Shown here in pieces: positions 60,432-64,000 of a stretch of DNA of 64,000 nucleotides. The notes under the pieces were generated by a model. The model saw only the letters and a program-made list of their open reading frames with translations. It searched no databases and was not told the DNA's origin. This DNA is from Candidatus Poribacteria bacterium (GTDB taxonomy: Bacteria > Poribacteria > WGA-4E > PCPOR2b), in the NCBI GenBank assembly GCA_965116925.1, contig OZ220744.1:5760001-5824000 (forward strand), in the 5' to 3' direction. The first letter of the stretch is position 1. The number at the start of each line of letters is the position of its first letter. The translations under genes were made by a program, and so were the position numbers.

Positions 60432-62531
60432 ATGACCAATCACAACACAATGCGAATCGGTGCGGATGTCGGCGGCACCTTCACCGATGTTGTCCTAATT
60501 GACACCAGCGGAAACATCTGGACCCACAAAGTCCCTTCTACACCTCCTGACTTTGAAAGGGCGGTACTGAACGCAATTGAGCATCTACTACGCACAACCG
60601 ACGCAACAGGAACAACAGTCAGCGAAGTTGCCCACGGCACTACGGTGGCAACCAACGCCGTTTTGGAGAAACGAGGTGCGAAAACTGCGCTAATCACCAC
60701 CAAAGGCTTCCGAGATGTCTTGGAACTGAGACGTATTCGTGCGCCCCAGATGTACGACCTGTTCTTTGAAAAGCCTGAAGCACTTGTCGAACGCTATCTG
60801 CGCTTTGAACTCACGGAACGGATCTCTGCGTCCGGCGAGGTGCTGATCCCACTATCGGAGTCCGAACTGTGGCATCTCAAGGAGGAGTTGGAGAAAGAGG
60901 CAGTCGAATCTGTAGCGGTCTGTACCCTCCACGCTTATGCCTTTCCCCAACATGAAAACGCTGTCGGTGATTTCCTGAGAGCACAGCTGCCAGATGTCCC
61001 GGTCTCCCTATCCTCCGAAGTTCTCCCGGAACGTAAAGAGTACGAACGCACCGCCACCACTGTCGTTAATGCCTACGTGCGTCCTGTCATGCAGCGTTAC
61101 CTGAACGCAATGCGTAACGGTTTACAGGAGATGGGGATTGAAGGGCCATTGTTAATGATGCAATCGGCGGGCGGATTGACGCCAGAGGCAGATGCTGCAC
61201 AATTGCCGGTCTTTGTCTTGGAATCGGGACCGGCTGCCGGTGTGTTAGCGGCTGGATTCACGGCGCAACGGTTGGGAACGGATAACCTAATTACACTCGA
61301 CATGGGGGGCACCACTGCCAAAGCCTCCATGATTGAAGATGGCGCAGTCGCTTACAGTCCAGAGTACGAAGTTGGTGCCTCGATTTCGGCGGGGAATCGA
61401 CTCGTCGGCGGGGGCGGTGAACTGATTCGCGCACCGAGCATTGATATTGCCGAAGTCGGATCCGGCGGCGGCAGTATCGCGTATCTAGATGGTGCGGGTG
61501 GTTTGCGTGTCGGTCCCCGCAGTGCGGGTGCGGTGCCGGGGCCCGCTTGCTATCAACGCGGAGGGACAGAACCGACAGTCACCGATGCCAATGTGGTGTT
61601 GGGCTATATCCGACCCGGTGAATTGGCTGATGGAGAGGTCAGCATTGACATTGAAGCCGCGCATCGAGCGATACACGACCATATCGCTGTGCCCCTTGGA
61701 ATGGATCTGCTTCAGGCAGCGGAGGGGATTCACCGGATCGCCAATGCACGCACCATGCGGGCACTACGCGCTGTTTCCACCGAACGCGGACGGGACCCGC
61801 GGGAGTTTGTTCTGATGGCTTTTGGGGGATCTGGTCCGATTCACGCGGCAGGGTTAGCGAAGGAACTTTTGATTCGTGAGGTTATCGTGCCGCCGCTGCC
61901 CGGTCTATTCAGCACTTTAGGTTTGCTTTTTTCTGGTGTCGAACATCACGATGTCCGTAGTTGTCTGCTCTCCGGCGAAATGCTCAATGCAGGAACTTTA
62001 GGAGAGATCAAAGCGGAGATGCAGCGCAATATGCTCGCCCAATTCGAGGTCGAAGGCTATCCCGCTGACCAAGTAACACTAAGTTGCAGCGTTGATGTCC
62101 GTTTTAAGGGGCAAGCGTCAGAGATACGCATCCCAGTGGCGGCTGAACACTTCACCGAAACGACGGTGCAAACACTATACACAACCTTTGAAACAGAGCA
62201 TGAACGGCTCTATGGACACCGATCGGATCCGGACAACCCGGTGGAAGTTGTAGCAGTCCGTTTGATTGGACAGGCGGGCATACGCGGTCAACAAGGTGTA
62301 CTTAATCCGGCAGAACGGCTGGGAGTCCGCGCAGCGAGCCGAGAGGCGTATTTCGGTGCATCGTGGGGGACAATTGATACCCCTGTCATTTCGCGGCGCG
62401 ATCTGGGAGAGGAAGGCACAACTGGTCCTCTGCTTATCGACGAATACGATTCAACCATCGTTGTTCCACCCGACTATCGCGGGTATCTGGATAGTGACGG
62501 AAATATCCTTATGAGCCCTGCAACCGGATGA
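60432..62531 (+). CDS. Hydantoinase/oxoprolinase A-type subunit
   Basis: DVGGTFTD, HGTTVATNA, ESGPAAG, DMGGTT, PTVTDAN. Confidence 0.93.
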   Translation: MTNHNTMRIGADVGGTFTDVVLIDTSGNIWTHKVPSTPPDFERAVLNAIEHLLRTTDATGTTVSEVAHGTTVATNAVLEKRGAKTALITTKGFRDVLELRRIRAPQMYDLFFEKPEALVERYLRFELTERISASGEVLIPLSESELWHLKEELEKEAVESVAVCTLHAYAFPQHENAVGDFLRAQLPDVPVSLSSEVLPERKEYERTATTVVNAYVRPVMQRYLNAMRNGLQEMGIEGPLLMMQSAGGLTPEADAAQLPVFVLESGPAAGVLAAGFTAQRLGTDNLITLDMGGTTAKASMIEDGAVAYSPEYEVGASISAGNRLVGGGGELIRAPSIDIAEVGSGGGSIAYLDGAGGLRVGPRSAGAVPGPACYQRGGTEPTVTDANVVLGYIRPGELADGEVSIDIEAAHRAIHDHIAVPLGMDLLQAAEGIHRIANARTMRALRAVSTERGRDPREFVLMAFGGSGPIHAAGLAKELLIREVIVPPLPGLFSTLGLLFSGVEHHDVRSCLLSGEMLNAGTLGEIKAEMQRNMLAQFEVEGYPADQVTLSCSVDVRFKGQASEIRIPVAAEHFTETTVQTLYTTFETEHERLYGHRSDPDNPVEVVAVRLIGQAGIRGQQGVLNPAERLGVRAASREAYFGASWGTIDTPVISRRDLGEEGTTGPLLIDEYDSTIVVPPDYRGYLDSDGNILMSPATG

Positions 62532-62630
62532 TACAGAAACGAGGAGAAAACGAGAAAACGAGAGAACGAGCGAAATGAAAGTGAGCAGAACTTTCCCACT
62601 TTCACACCTGCTGCTTTAACGGAGGCACCG

Positions 62631-63176
62631 ATGCAAATTAAAATTAGTCAAACTACCCTCACCCTTGTACAAGGAGATATTACCAAAGAACAGGTTGATG
62701 CGATTGTCAATGCTGCGAATGAGCAACTGATGGGCGGTGGCGGTGTTGATGGTGCAATCCACCGCGCTGGGGGACCAGCGATTATGGCGGAATGCAATGA
62801 AATCCGCGCCGAGCAGGGCGGTTGCCCGACAGGGAGTGCGGTGATCACGACGGGGGGAAACCTGCCTGCGAAGCATGTCATTCACACCGTGGGGCCGATC
62901 TGGCGGGGCGGAAATGCCGGTGAACCGAACCTCCTCGCTAGTTGTTATCGGGAGAGTTTAAGTCTCGCACTTGAGAACGGCATCAAGACAATTGCCTTCC
63001 CATCAATCAGCACAGGTATCTACGGCTATCCGATTGACAGAGCAGCCGGCACCGCCCTCGATGCGGTGAAGGCGTTCCTAGAATGGCATGATGGGATCGA
63101 CGAGGTGCGCTTCGTCCTCTTTGACGATGCAACCTACGCAGGCTATGAGAATGCGCTCTCGGAGATGAATACCTAA
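62631..63176 (+). CDS. Macrodomain O-acetyl-ADP-ribose deacetylase
   Basis: GDIT...DAIVNAAN..L.GGGGVDGAIH, AFPSISTGIYGYP. Confidence 0.95.
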   Translation: MQIKISQTTLTLVQGDITKEQVDAIVNAANEQLMGGGGVDGAIHRAGGPAIMAECNEIRAEQGGCPTGSAVITTGGNLPAKHVIHTVGPIWRGGNAGEPNLLASCYRESLSLALENGIKTIAFPSISTGIYGYPIDRAAGTALDAVKAFLEWHDGIDEVRFVLFDDATYAGYENALSEMNT

Positions 63177-63279
63177 AGGGCGTTATACCAATTCTATTTT
63201 ACCGCAGAGACGCAGAGGGCGCAGAGCCGATTCAGATTTTCTCTCAGTCTCCACGTCTCTGTAGAGGGTTCTATTTTTT

Positions 63280-64000
63280 ATGTCAAACCAACAACTTCCC
63301 CTGTTTCCAACCACCGTCGTGGGCAGTATGCCACGATCCGATTTTGTCCGCGATCTGCTTGCACTAGAAAACGAACCGCTACGCTCTGAAGCCGAGACGC
63401 AAAAAGAGATGGACGCTGCTGTGCGATACATCATTGCATTACAGGAAGCCGCAGGGATCGACATCATCTCCGATGGTGAGTGGCGGCGACGTTCCTACAT
63501 CGGTGTGATTGCAGACATCGCAAGTGGATTTGAGTTGAGTATGCAGGAGGGGATGCACTGGACAACCGCAGTCGATAAGATACGCCTCCAGCAGCCGGGG
63601 GTTATCGCAGCGGAAGCGGCATTTTTGCAGCAGCACACCGATCGGCTGACGAAGGTGTGCCTTCCGTCTCCGTATCTATTGGGACAGCGGATGTGGGATC
63701 CTGAAAAATCGCGGGACGCATACCCAACACGCGAGGCGTTCATGTACGATCTTGTCGATATTTTGCGGAATGAACTTATCGCAATCAGGGATGCGGGGGC
63801 TACCGTCGCCCAATTCGATGATCCACACCTATGCCTCTTTGTCGATGAGTCCGTCCGGGCGAGCTATGAGAATCCTGAACGTGAGATGGAGTTGTGTGTC
63901 GATCTACTGAATCAGATTATCGATGGTGTTGACGGGATTCAGATTGCGATTCACCTTTGCCGACGCAATAAAGGACGTGATGGCTGGATTGGCGAGGGAG
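63280..64000 (+). CDS. Cobalamin-independent methionine synthase II family protein, 3'-truncated and absent from the ORF track
   Basis: Manual translation: PTTVVGSMPR, QEAAGIDIISDGEWRR, QFDDP, IHLCR. Confidence 0.88.
   Translation, partial: MSNQQLPLFPTTVVGSMPRSDFVRDLLALENEPLRSEAETQKEMDAAVRYIIALQEAAGIDIISDGEWRRRSYIGVIADIASGFELSMQEGMHWTTAVDKIRLQQPGVIAAEAAFLQQHTDRLTKVCLPSPYLLGQRMWDPEKSRDAYPTREAFMYDLVDILRNELIAIRDAGATVAQFDDPHLCLFVDESVRASYENPEREMELCVDLLNQIIDGVDGIQIAIHLCRRNKGRDGWIGEG

Noticed and set aside
62535..62590. Short purine-rich tandem repeats (also 48190-48255) as a small gene or ncRNA
   Set aside because: Degenerate 7-8-mer repeats with no coding or structural support.
1..64000. CRISPR array, tRNA or rRNA genes
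   Set aside because: No regularly spaced direct repeats with unique spacers and no recognisable cloverleaf or rRNA motifs; the repeats are dispersed palindromes.

Overview
Bacterial chromosomal window, tentatively Candidatus Poribacteria: it carries the characteristic C-terminal IPEETALLANYPNPFNP.TWIPYQL domain, and this assignment is an inference that has not been checked by search. It contains ccmABCD, a cytoplasmic REC-PAS kinase with a sigma-54 activator, and a CCA enzyme/site-2 protease/trpS/scpAB block interrupted by mazEF whose toxin has a nonsense mutation. It also contains three tandem TPR lipoprotein paralogs, an RND pump, rarA, catabolic enzymes and a large cytochrome c-LRR-cohesin-dockerin protein. 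The best candidate for an undescribed system is a minus-strand cluster at 39866-48064: ECF sigma factor, lipoprotein, TonB-dependent receptor, zinc-finger membrane anti-sigma factor and an exported protein with two apparently active caspase domains. A 426-bp non-autonomous IS200/IS605 element sits between the receptor's putative RBS and its GTG start codon. Intergenic DNA is rich in nested MITE/REP elements. I found no rRNA, tRNA or CRISPR array. All calls come from reading motifs by eye.
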